Of a stretch of DNA of 64,000 nt, positions 39,087 to 48,500 are shown in pieces. The position numbers and the translations under genes were made by a program. Below the pieces are notes generated by a model. That model was not told the origin of the DNA, ran no database searches, and saw only the letters and a list, made by a program, of their open reading frames with translations. The DNA is taken from contig CAWHEZ010000004.1 in the NCBI GenBank assembly GCA_963828345.1, positions 64,539 to 128,538 on the forward strand, given 5' to 3'. The stretch's first letter is position 1; the number at the start of each line of letters is the position of its first letter. Origin of the DNA: an uncultured delta proteobacterium. Its GTDB lineage: Bacteria > Desulfobacterota > Desulfobacteria > Desulfobacterales > SpSt-501.

Positions 39087-39557
39087 TCACTTGAGCGGCC
39101 GGATGACGCCGTTCATGACGAGGTTGAAGACGTCGCTCATGCGCAGGATCCCGACGGTGGTGCCCTGGGCGGTCACGACCAGGTTGTGCAGCTTGCTGTG
39201 GATCAGCTTGGGCACGGCTTCGGCCAGCGATGCATCCTCCTCGATGTGATCCTCCTTGCCGTAGCGGGTCATGGCATCCTTGACCAGCCCGCTGCGGGCG
39301 GCCTCCCCGAGGCTGGCGAAGACCTTGTCCCACTCCGGCTTGTGCGCCCCTCCGAGCACGCGCATCATGCCGGTGTGGTCCAGCCCGCCGATCAGGTTGA
39401 AATCGGCGTCGTGCACGAGCACCACGCGCGGCCGGTACTCCTTGCGCGCGAACCGCTTGCGGTGGGCTTCCAGGATGTTGAAGGCGTCAAAAACGCTGCG
39501 ATCTTCCGCCACTCTCGGGTAGTCGGTCACCGGGACCATGAGCTCTTTCACCTTCAT
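39087..39557 (-). CDS. CBS domain pair protein
   Basis: 156 aa. MKVKELMVPVTDYPRVAEDRSVFDAFNIL, with a second CBS repeat VKDAMTRYGKEDHIEEDASLAEAVPKLI. Confidence 0.8.
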   Translation of the reverse strand: MKVKELMVPVTDYPRVAEDRSVFDAFNILEAHRKRFARKEYRPRVVLVHDADFNLIGGLDHTGMMRVLGGAHKPEWDKVFASLGEAARSGLVKDAMTRYGKEDHIEEDASLAEAVPKLIHSKLHNLVVTAQGTTVGILRMSDVFNLVMNGVIRPLK

Positions 39558-39775
39558 GGACGCACTCCTCTTCTGTGGGGTTCCGGGAATGGATGGCTCA
39601 TTGCCGTCGGCGCATGCGGCACCCTGTGTTGATTTCGCCGAGATACAGGGGCGCCGGTGCGCGCATCGCCGGCAAATTGGAAAACGGTGGAGTAGGTAAA
39701 ACGTTCAGCGATAAGGAACTGGGCCCGATAAAACACCGGGAAGGCCCTCGTTGTCAACGGGCAGCAGACAGAAGC

Positions 39776-39804
39776 GGGCGCCGCACCGAGATCGGTGGGC
39801 GCCC
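39776..39804 (-). terminator. possible terminator hairpin after the 2-hydroxyacid dehydrogenase gene
   Basis: GGGCGCC-GCAC...GTG-GGCGCCC stem 30 nt after the stop at 39835. The downstream tract is only moderately T-rich. Confidence 0.3.
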
Positions 39805-39834
39805 CTAAGCGACGGTCAGGAATACCCGACTCGT

Positions 39835-40971
39835 CTATTTCCCCTGCCACCAGCGGAAGATGCGGTAGTCGTCCAGCATCCGCGGCTCCTTCTTCACGAA
39901 CAGCAGCGGCGGGATGAGGTTGAGTTCCTTGATGTCGCGCACGGTCGTGGAGCGGACGAGCGAGTTGAGGTTCGAGAGCATGGTGGCGGACATGCGCGCC
40001 CGCGTGTCGGCGTCGGCCGTGGCGCTGTGGGGCGTGAAGATGAAGCGCAGGTCCGGCCGGTCGACCGAGATCTGGCGGAACTCGGCGAGCGTGCGCTCCG
40101 GGATGGGCTCGTCCTCGTAGACGTCGAAGGCCAGGTGGAGCGCGACGTCGCGGCTCTTGAGCAGGCGGATGAGCGCCTCGAAGTCGATGATCGCCCCCCG
40201 CGCCGTGTTCACCAGCAGCGCGCGCGGCCGCATCAGCCGCAGCAGGCGCTCGCCCACGAAGTGGTGCGTCGACTCGTCCAGCGGGATGTGGATCGAGAGG
40301 ATGTCGGCCACCTTGAACAGCTGCTCGACGTCCTCGTAGTAGGTCAGGTTGGGGTACTTCTCCTCCATCTCGGCGCTCTGGAAGATGTCGTGGTAGCCGA
40401 TGTGGATGCCCCAGGGCGCCACCCGGTTGACGACCTCCCGCCCGATCTCGCCCAGCCCCATGATGCCGTAGGTGAGGTTCTCGGTGTTCTTGGTGATGTG
40501 CCGGTCCAGGTCCCAGCGCTCATCCGCCTTCCACTGCCCGGTCCAGACGAAGTCGTTGAGACCGACGACGTTCCTCAGGTTGGAGAGGATCAGCGAGAGG
40601 GTGTAGTCGGCGATCGTGCCGGCGAGGACCCCGGGGGTGTTGGTGACGATGACCCCGGGGTGGGCGAAGATGTGGTTCCACCCCACGTTGCTGGTCGAGA
40701 CGGCCTTGACGCTGGGCAGCGAGACGATCTCCTCGGGGATCTGGTGCCCGATGTGGCAGCCGATGAAGTCGACCTCGTTCTCCTCGATCGTCTGCCGCAT
40801 CTCCTCCACGGTCGGGAAACGGCTGGGCGCGACGATCACGTTGGCCGCGGAGTTGAGATTGCTCCAGACCTTGTTGATGAGGAACTTGTACTTGACCGAG
40901 ACTTTCGGGTGGTCGGCGATTTCCCGGAAAACCGGCGATGTCAGGTAGACTTGGGGGGTTGATCCTTTCAC
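39835..40971 (-). CDS. D-isomer-specific 2-hydroxyacid dehydrogenase family protein
   Basis: NAD motif GIMGLGEIGREV, LVNTARGAIID, and a His region FTPHSA. Preferred start is GTG 40971, 7 nt after an AAGGAGG RBS; the track ORF starts at 41025. Confidence 0.85.
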   Translation of the reverse strand: MKGSTPQVYLTSPVFREIADHPKVSVKYKFLINKVWSNLNSAANVIVAPSRFPTVEEMRQTIEENEVDFIGCHIGHQIPEEIVSLPSVKAVSTSNVGWNHIFAHPGVIVTNTPGVLAGTIADYTLSLILSNLRNVVGLNDFVWTGQWKADERWDLDRHITKNTENLTYGIMGLGEIGREVVNRVAPWGIHIGYHDIFQSAEMEEKYPNLTYYEDVEQLFKVADILSIHIPLDESTHHFVGERLLRLMRPRALLVNTARGAIIDFEALIRLLKSRDVALHLAFDVYEDEPIPERTLAEFRQISVDRPDLRFIFTPHSATADADTRARMSATMLSNLNSLVRSTTVRDIKELNLIPPLLFVKKEPRMLDDYRIFRWWQGK

Positions 40972-41107
40972 GGGTGTTCCTCCTTTTGCACTGCGCTTGC
41001 CGTCCGTTGCCGACGGGGCGCGCACCGGTGCGCCCCGCGGGGCCGCCGCATCCTACACAACCGCCGTCGGGGGAGTCAAACCCCCTCGCCCGGCCGCTTG
41101 AACGTTC

Positions 41108-42559
41108 CTACCTCGGCTCGGGCCACTGCCGCACGACCCGGTTTTCGGAATCCAGCAGGGTGATCTGCACACCGTGATCGCCGTCCAGGCGATGCGTGGC
41201 GCAGCTGATTCAGGGATCGTAGGCGCGCACCGCCATTTCGATCCGGTTGAGGATCCCCTCCGTCACCGGCTCGCCCTGGATCAGCATGCGGGCAGCCTGC
41301 TTCACGCTCAGGTTCATGGGGCCCAGGTTGTGGGTGGTCCCGACGATCAGGTTGGCGCGCGTAATCAGCCCGTTTTCGTCCGTCGAGTAGTCGTGGATCA
41401 GCGTCCCGCGCGGGGCTTCCACGCACCCGACGCCGCGGCCGGCGCGCGGCTCGACCTTGGCGCGCACGTTCGGGTCGGTGATCGCGGGGTCCTCCAGGAT
41501 CTCGATCGCGCGCTCGCAGGCGTAGACCTCCTCGATCAGCCGGGCGTAGTGGTAGAGCAGGGTCGCCTGCGCCGGCCGCCCGAAGAGGGAGCGGAACTCC
41601 TCGAGCTCGGCCTGCGCGCGCGGGGTGGCCATGCGGTCGGCCACGTTGATGCGGGCCAGCGTGTTGGCGCGGTAGATGCCCTTGGGGTGGTCCACGTCGA
41701 GCGCGAACCCCTCGTTCCAGCAGCGCGCGTAGGGGAACTTCCCGTAGGAGTTGGGCTCGACGTGCTCGCCCAGGTAGTCCGCGTAGTCCTGGGGGTCGAA
41801 GTCGATGAAGGTCCCGTCGGGCTTCATCAGCCGGATCCGGCCGTCGTAGAGGTTGTGGGCGCCGTCGGCGTCCACCGTCCCGATGAAGCCGGTCGTGATC
41901 ACCCCCAGGGTCCGGATCGCGTCCATGTACTTCGGGAAGACGTTCTGCTTGGCGAAGTCGATCGTGAAGAGCGCGAAGTCGAGCACCTGGCGCATCTTGG
42001 CCAGGATGTCCACGCGATCCTCCTCGAGCATGGGCTTGGAGAAGCCGCCCGGGACGCCCGCGATCGGGTGGATGGTTTTGCGCGAGAACTTGTCCAGGAT
42101 CATCTTGACCATGTACCGCATCTTGACGACCTGGGTCGCCAGCTCCGGGTTGGCCTTGGCGATTCCGACCACGTTGCGCACCGCGTAGTCGGCGTCCGGG
42201 CCGATGACGAAATCCGGGGCCGCGAGGAAGTAGAAGTGCAGCAGCTTGTCCTCGGCGTGGGCGATGGTCTGCATCAGCTCGCGCAGCCGGTGGCCGGTCG
42301 GGGTCGGCGTCACCCCGAAGCAGCGGTCCACGGCCTTGTTGGAGGCCAGGTGGTGCATCCAGGGGCAGATGCCGCAGATGCGGCAGACGATGTCCGGCAG
42401 CTCCTCGGCCGGCTTGCCTTCGACGAACTTCTCGAACCCCCGCAGGGACATGTAGTTCACGCGGGCATCCGTGTAGCGGCCCGCCTCGTCCAGCCAGATC
42501 TTGATGGACGCATGGCCCTCGATGCGGGTGATCGGTTGAATGGTGATGGGCGAGGTCAT
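41108..42559 (-). CDS. mvhA: [NiFeSe] hydrogenase large subunit (Mvh/Vhu-type, group 3c-like) with in-frame UGA selenocysteine
   Basis: N-terminal Ni-ligand motif RICGICP. The C-terminal motif reads RAYDP-TGA-ISCATH, that is DP[U]xxCxxH, with the TGA at 41210-41212. The frame stays open for 33 more codons to the TAG at 41108-41110, consistent with a protease-cleaved tail. Confidence 0.85.
41177..41193 (-). promoter_or_regulatory. candidate SECIS hairpin for the mvhA UGA
   Basis: 16 nt after the UGA: AUCGCC-UGGAC-GGCGAU (6-bp stem, G-containing pentaloop). Confidence 0.6.
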
Positions 42560-42560
42560 G

Positions 42561-43501
42561 TCAACTCGATCTCCTTTCGTGAGGTATCGGTTTGAGCAGG
42601 GAGTGCGCCCCGGAGAAGCGCAGCAGCAGCGGCCGGTTGGGGATGGACCGGACGTCGATGCCGTTGGAGGCGAGCGCGTTCACCATGTCCAGCAGCTGGT
42701 TGCCGTCCGGGCGCACCGGCCCGGAGCAGCCCCGGCAGGGCACCCGGGCCGAGATGCAGCGCGGGGTCACCCCGTCGCCCCCGCAGCCGGCGCGCGTGAC
42801 GGGCCCCATGCACAGGAACCCCTGCTCCAGCAGGCAGCGCATCCGGTCGAGCGGCTCGCCCGGTTCGTGGTAGAAGGGCGCCTGCAGGAAGCGCCGCACC
42901 TGCTTGACCTCGCCCTTGCCCTTGCGCACGGTCGGGCAGGTGTCGCACACACTGTGCGACGGCACCTTGAGCGGGGTGCCCTGCACGAGGGCGACCAGCG
43001 CGCTGAAGATGTGGTCCGGGTGGGGCGGGCAGCCGGGCAGATGGATGTCCACCTTGATCTTCTCGTCCACGGCGTAGCAGGCATCCAGCAGCTCGGGGAT
43101 GTCCTCGGACGGGTAGGCATCGGGCCGGTCGGTGGTCTCGGTGGAGAAGGCCCGCTCCAGGATCTCGCCGTGGTGAACGAGTTGGCCAGCGCCGGGATCC
43201 CGCCGTGGGTCGCGCAGGTCCCGAGCGCGATGATGATCTTGCACTTCTTGCGCATCTCGTGCGCGACCTCGAGGTGCTCCGAGTTGCGGATCCCGCCGCT
43301 GATGAGGCCGACGTCGGCTTCCGGCAGATCCATGTGCGCCTTCTCCCCGGTCTGGCCGTAGTATTTGCTGTCCACCAGCGCGGGGAGGTGGACGATGTCC
43401 GCCACCTGGAGCACGTCCAGCAGGCGCTCGCCCATGTCGAGAATCGAGATCTCGCACCCCGAGCACGAATTCAACCACTCGCTTGATACGCGGACACCCA
43501 T
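42561..43501 (-). pseudogene. mvhG: [NiFe] hydrogenase small subunit (MvhG-like), one frameshift
   Basis: MGVRVSSEWLNSCSGCEISILD...ALGTCATHGGIPALANS is in the frame of ORF 42767..43501. VHHGEILERAFS...HLPGCPPHPDHIF...PCRGCSGP follows in the frame of ORF 42561..43478. One nt is missing around 43180. The stop is 1 nt before the mvhA ATG. Confidence 0.85.
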
Positions 43502-43529
43502 GGGTCGGTCCTCCGGGAGATTTCGGACG

Positions 43530-43610
43530 TTTTAGTGTTGGTGTTCAGTGTTTAGGTGTTTAGGTGTTTGGGTCGTGCTTCGAAACACGTAACACCGCAA
43601 CACTTAAAAC
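43530..43610. repeat. GTGTTT(A/G)G tandem-repeat hairpin element
   Basis: The left arm AGTGTTGGTGTTCAGTGTTTAGGTGTTTAGGTGTTTGGG pairs with the right arm CGAAACACGTAACACCGCAACACT. It lies in the spacer between the hdrCB-like gene and mvhG. Confidence 0.6.
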
Positions 43611-43623
43611 TCTTGTTCCCCAG

Positions 43624-44919
43624 CTACAGTCCTACTTCGGCCAGCTCCGGGCCGAGGTAGGCGCGTTCGTTTTCGCCCAGGCAGCCCATGGCGAGGCAGA
43701 TCAGCGTCCAGAGGTGCACCGTGTGCCAGCCGCCCTTGAAGTGCTCGCTCAGGTCGTGGATCTGCGAGTGGCAGTTGTGGCACGGGGCGATGCAGTACGG
43801 CGCGCCGGTCGCCAGGATCTGGTCGGTCTTGATCTTGCCGAAGGCGCGCCGGCCTTCGGCGTAGCCGGCCTGGAGCGCGCCGCCGCCGCCGCCGCAGCAG
43901 TAGTTGTTCGAGCGGTTGGGCGTCATGTCGACGAAGTTCTCCTCGCCGACCACCCGCTTGACGACGTAGCGCAGGTCCTCGGCGTAGGCGTCGCCGAAGG
44001 TCTTGCGCACCTGGTTGCAGGGGTCCTGCACCGTGAACTTGACCCGGAGGTCCTTGTTCCAGTCCGCGGACACCCGCAGCCGGCCCTCGCGCAGCCACTG
44101 CGCGTAGAGCTGGACGATGGTGGTGATCTCGAAGGAATGAGGGATGTTGTACTTTTGCAGTCCGGCCCGGACTGCGAAGAGCTCGTGCCCTCACTCCGTG
44201 TTGACCCAGTATTTACAGCCCAGGTCGTCGACGGCCTTGGCCTTGATGCGCACGATGCGTTCCCAGCTCTCGTCGTCGGCCAGGAACATGCAGTAGTTCT
44301 CGGCGGCCCAGCCCTTGGTGCCGTAGGTCCAGTCGGCGCCGACCGCGTGCAGGATCTTCCAGAGCGGCACCATCTCGTCGGGCTCGGTCACCGGCTCGCG
44401 CGAGTTCTGGTTCACGAAATACGTCGCCCCCCGCTTGTCCAGAGGCGCCTGGAGGGTCTCCCAGCCGGGCTGGTTGGCGCGCACCTCCTCGAGGACGTCC
44501 TCCACCACGAAGCGGAAGTCCTCCTCCGAGGCGCCCATGGCGCTGCAGCTCTCGTGCTTGAGCGCCATGTCGCAGGAGCCGCGGATGCCCTTGGGCCGCT
44601 CCTCGCGCGGCCAGCTCTTGCGCGCGTGGTAGACCAGCTGCGGGATGTCGATCTTCATCGGGCAGACGTAGATGCAGCGCCAGCAGAGCGTGCAGTTCCA
44701 CACCCACTCGGTCTTGAGGATCTGCTCGTCCAGGCCCATGCTGGCCATGCGCAGGAACTTGCGCGGGTCCATCCCGGCGATCCCGGTGGCCGGACAGCCC
44801 GAGGCGCAGGCGCCGCACGTCAGGCAGGCGTTCAGGTTCCCGCCCTCGGGCAGCAGCTGCATGACCCGGTCTTTGAAGATGCTTTTGCGTTCCTTCGGGA
44901 GCACGATCGGTTCGGTCAT
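43624..44919 (-). CDS. fused HdrC/HdrB-like (HdrD/GlpC-type) Fe-S oxidoreductase with in-frame UGA selenocysteine
   Basis: Two ferredoxin motifs, CLTCGACASGCP and CTLCWRCIYVCP. CCG-domain motif NYCCGGGGG and APCHNCHSQ. The TGA at 44191-44193 sits in WVNTE-TGA-GHELF, where homologues carry ECGH. ORFs 44191..44919 and 43624..44073 are in the same frame. Confidence 0.8.
44157..44175 (-). promoter_or_regulatory. candidate SECIS hairpin for the hdrCB-like UGA
   Basis: 15 nt after the UGA: GCAGUCC-GGGCC-GGACUGC (7-8 bp stem). Confidence 0.6.
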
Positions 44920-44922
44920 GGC

Positions 44923-45378
44923 TCACCTCGCTGCGGCCGACGCCGGGGCCGCCACGGCGGCCTTGCGACGCGGGATGGGGTTCGGGCCGATGCCGCGGAT
45001 CTTTTCGGTGAAGCAGGTCACCACCTCCGCGAAGCGCGGCGCTTCGGCGGACGACACCCACTCGACGCCGTACCGTTCGGGGTCGACCCCCTGGGTTTCG
45101 AGGACCATGCGGACGGCTTCGCTGCGGGCCAGGGCTTTGTGATTACCATCCAGGTAATGACATTCGCCCAGGTGTCAGCCCATCAGGATGACGCCGTCGG
45201 CCCCGCGGCGGAAGGCCTCGACCACCAGCTCCGGGTGCACCATGCCGGAGCACATCACGCGCACCGCGCGCATGTTGGGCGGGTACTGCAGGCGCGAGAC
45301 CCCCGCCAGGTCGCCCCCGGCGTACGCGCACCAGTTGCAGAGGAACCCCAGGATCACCGGTTCGAATTTCTCGCTCAT
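44923..45378 (-). CDS. mvhD: methyl-viologen-reducing hydrogenase delta subunit (MvhD) with in-frame UGA selenocysteine
   Basis: MSEKFEPVILGFLCNWCAYAGGD...GADGVILMG-TGA-HLGECHYLDGNHKA. The family motif is GCHxGxCHY. The TGA lies at 45175-45177. ORF 44923..45108 is in the same frame. Confidence 0.85.
45142..45158 (-). promoter_or_regulatory. candidate SECIS hairpin for the mvhD UGA
   Basis: 16 nt after the UGA: AUUACC-UGGAU-GGUAAU (6-bp stem, pentaloop nearly identical to the mvhA one). Confidence 0.6.
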
Positions 45379-45485
45379 TTTCCTCTCCTTTTCAGCAGCT
45401 CCTTCGGGTTGGAAGCTGTTCGATTATGCGAAAGGATCCGGAAGTCGTTGCCCAATGTCCAGTTCTCAAGGCGGGCGAGCGCCAC

Positions 45486-45518
45486 GCGGCGAGGCGTACT
45501 GGCAATACGCCGCAACGA
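45486..45518. repeat. dispersed hairpin repeat, copy 2 (GCGAGGCGTACT..ATACGCCGCA)
   Basis: CGCGGCGAGGCGTACTGGCAATACGCCGCAACG in the hdrA-mvhD spacer, with a partial third copy GCCGCGAGGCGTCGGCG at about 45531-45548. Related to 23495-23529. Confidence 0.5.
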
Positions 45519-45551
45519 CGTTTCCTAACGCCGCGAGGCGTCGGCGAAACA

Positions 45552-48500
45552 TCAGGCGACGTCCTCGAGGGCGGCGGCCACCTGCGCCTTCAGCTGCTCC
45601 TGCGTGAAGCCGTGGACGAAGACGCCGCCCTTCGGGCAGGTGGCCGCGCACAGGCCGCACCCCTTGCAGAGCGCCGCGTCGGTGCGGATGCGCCGGTGGG
45701 AGCGACCGTCCTCGCCCGGGTAGTCCTCCAGCGCGATGGCGCGGTAGGGGCAGACGTCCAGGCACAGCGCGCACCCGTCGCAGCTCTCCGTGACGCAGGA
45801 CTTGATGGCGTCGAGCGTCATCTCCGTCTGCGCGAGGATGCTCCCGGCCCGCACGGCGGCCGCCTTGGCCTGGGCGATCGTCTCGTCCATGGGCTTGGGG
45901 TAGTTGCAGAGGCCGGCGACGAACAGCCCGTCCACGGACATGTCCACCGGCCGCAGCTTCGGATGGGCCTCGTTGAGGAAGCCGTCGGCGTTGGCGGCGC
46001 ACTTGAAGAGCTCGACCAGGCCACGGCTTTCGCGCGGCTCGACCGCGGCGGCGAGCACGAGGTAATCCGCCGCAATGGCGAGCGGCAGCTGCAGGATGGG
46101 GTCGAAGACGTCGATCCGCAGGTCGCCGCCCTCGCGCCGGACGAGCGGCTTGCGCTCGAGCTCGTACCGGATGAAGATCACCCCCAGGTCGCGCGCCTTG
46201 CGGTAGAGACCTTCGCGCTCGCCGTAGGTGCGGATGTCGCGGTAGAGCACGTAGACGTTCATCTGCGGGTTGAGGCCCTTCAGCGCCGCGGCCGCCTTCA
46301 CGGCGTGCGTGCAGCAGATCCGGCTGCAGTAGGGGCGGTGCTCGTCGCGCGAGCCGACGCACTGGATGAAGGCCACACTCTGGGCGCGCTTCAGGGCGGC
46401 CGGGTCCTCGCGCAGCAGCCCGTCGAGCTCCAGGTGGGTCAGGACCCGGGGGTCCTCCCCGTAGAGGTACTCGGTCGGCTGAGACTCCTGGCCGCCGATG
46501 GCGAGCACGGCCGCCCCGTAGGCGACCTCGCGCTCCTGGCCGTCGACCTTGACCCGGCTGACGAAGCTGCCCACCGAGCCGGCGGTCGAGGCCAGCTCGG
46601 CCTTCTTGAGCACCTCGATGCGCGGGTGCCGCTCCACGGTCGCGATGAGGGATTCCAGGTGCGGCCGCACGGCCTCGCCCTGGTCGGTCGTGTTGATCCG
46701 CCAGGCGTTGCCGCCGAGCTGGGCGGACTGCTCCAGGAGGGTGGTCTGGAAGCCCTGCTCCGCCAGGCCCAGCGCGGAGTGCATGCCGGCCACCCCGCCG
46801 CCGATCACGAGCGCCTTGGGGATCACGTTGACCCGGCCGCTCGCGATCGGAGTGCTCAGCGCGGCCTTGGCGACCGCCATGCGCACCTGGTCCTTGGCCT
46901 TGGCGGTCGCCCGTTCCGGTTCGCGCTGGTGCACCCACGAGTTCTGATTGCGGATGTTGGCCATCTCGACCAGGTAGGGGTTGAGCGAGGACTCGCGCAG
47001 CGTGTCCTGGAAGAGCGGCTCGTGCGTGCGCGGCGTGCAGGCGGCGATGACGACGCGGTTCAGGCGGTGCTCGGAGATCTTCTTGCCCATGAGCTCCTGG
47101 GTGTCGGCCGAGCAGCTGAAGAGGTTGTTCTCCGCGAGCACGACCCCCGGCAGCGTGCGGGCGTACTTCACGACCTCGTCCACGTTGACGATTCCGGCGA
47201 TGTTGATGCCGCAGGAGCACACGAAGACGCCGATGCGCACCGGTTCGGCGCCTAAACTGCGCTCGGCCGGGTAGCTGCGGGTGCGCGTGAGCTCGCCGCG
47301 GGCGGCGATCAGGGTCGCGGCCGCCTCGCAGGCCGCGGTCGAGGCCTCGGCGACCGAACGCGGGATGGCCTTGGGGGCCTGGAAGGCGCCGGCCACGAAC
47401 ACGCCGGCCCGGTTGGTCGTCACCGGCGCGAAATCCGAGGTGCGCGCGAAACCGTACTCGTCGAGATCGAACTTGAAGACGCGCGCCAGTTCCTGGGCGT
47501 CGCCCGCGGGCTCGAGCCCGACCGACAGCACCGCCAGGTCGAACTCCTCGACCTTGACCTCTCCCTCGTCGGTGCTGTAGCGCATCGACACGCCGTGGTT
47601 GCCGGCCCCGGCCTCGATCGAGTGCGGACGGGCGCGGACGAAGCGCACGCCCTTGTCCTTGGCCCCCTCGTAGAAGCGGTCGAAGTCCTTGCCGTGGCTG
47701 CGGATGTCCATGAAGAAGATGGCCTGCTCCAGCCCGCCGCCGGAGGTGTGCTCCGCGGTCACGAGCGCCTCCTTGATCGCGTACATGCAGCAGACGCTCG
47801 AGCAGTAGCCGTTCTTGCACTGGTTGGTGTTGCGCGAGCCCACGCACTGGATCCAGGCGATGCGCCGCGGCTCCGTGCGGTCGGAGGGCCGCACCAGGTG
47901 CCCCATGCAGGGGCCGCTCGACGAGAGCAGCCGCTCGTACTCGAGGCTGGTGACCACGTCCGGGATGCGCTTGTAGCCGTAGAAATCGAACCCGGAGGGG
48001 TCGAAGGGCTTGAAGCCCGGGGCGAGGATCACCGCGCCGACGTTGAGCGTGGCCACCTCTTCCTTGTCCTCGAAGTTGATGGCCGAGGTGGGGCAGAACT
48101 TCTCGCAGGCCTTGCACTTGCCGCGGGTCAGGTAGATGCAGGTCTGGCCGTCGATCGCGTACTTCAGGGGCACGGACTGGCCGTACTTGATGTAGGCCGC
48201 TGTGCGGTCGTTCAGGCCCAGGTTGAACTCGTCACGGACCTTGCGGGGGCATTTCTGGGCGCAGAGGCCGCAGGCAATGCACTTGTCCATGTCGATGTAG
48301 CGGGGTTTCTTCTTGATCGTGACGGTGAAATTTCCGACGTCACCGGAGACGTCGACCACTTCGGACAGGGTGAGCAACTCCACATTCAGATGCCGGCCGA
48401 CCTCGACCAGTTTGGGTGAGATGATTCACATCGCGCAGTCGTTGGTCGGAAAGGTCTTGTCCAGCTGGGCCATCACGCCGCCGATCCCGGCGCTTTTCTC

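Noticed and set aside
39558-39834. Intergenic regions (also 23367-23581, 37274-37470, 49391-49753 and 58872-59177) inspected for tRNA, small RNA genes or riboswitches.
   Set aside because: I could not recognise a cloverleaf-compatible structure or a known riboswitch consensus by eye. This cannot be excluded without Infernal or tRNAscan.
41210-48428. Reading the four TGA-terminated ORFs (hdrA, mvhD, hdrCB-like, mvhA) as truncated pseudogenes or as separate small genes.
   Set aside because: Each TGA aligns with a conserved Cys motif. Homology continues in the same frame. A hairpin follows each at a constant 15-16 nt. Selenocysteine decoding is the simpler explanation.
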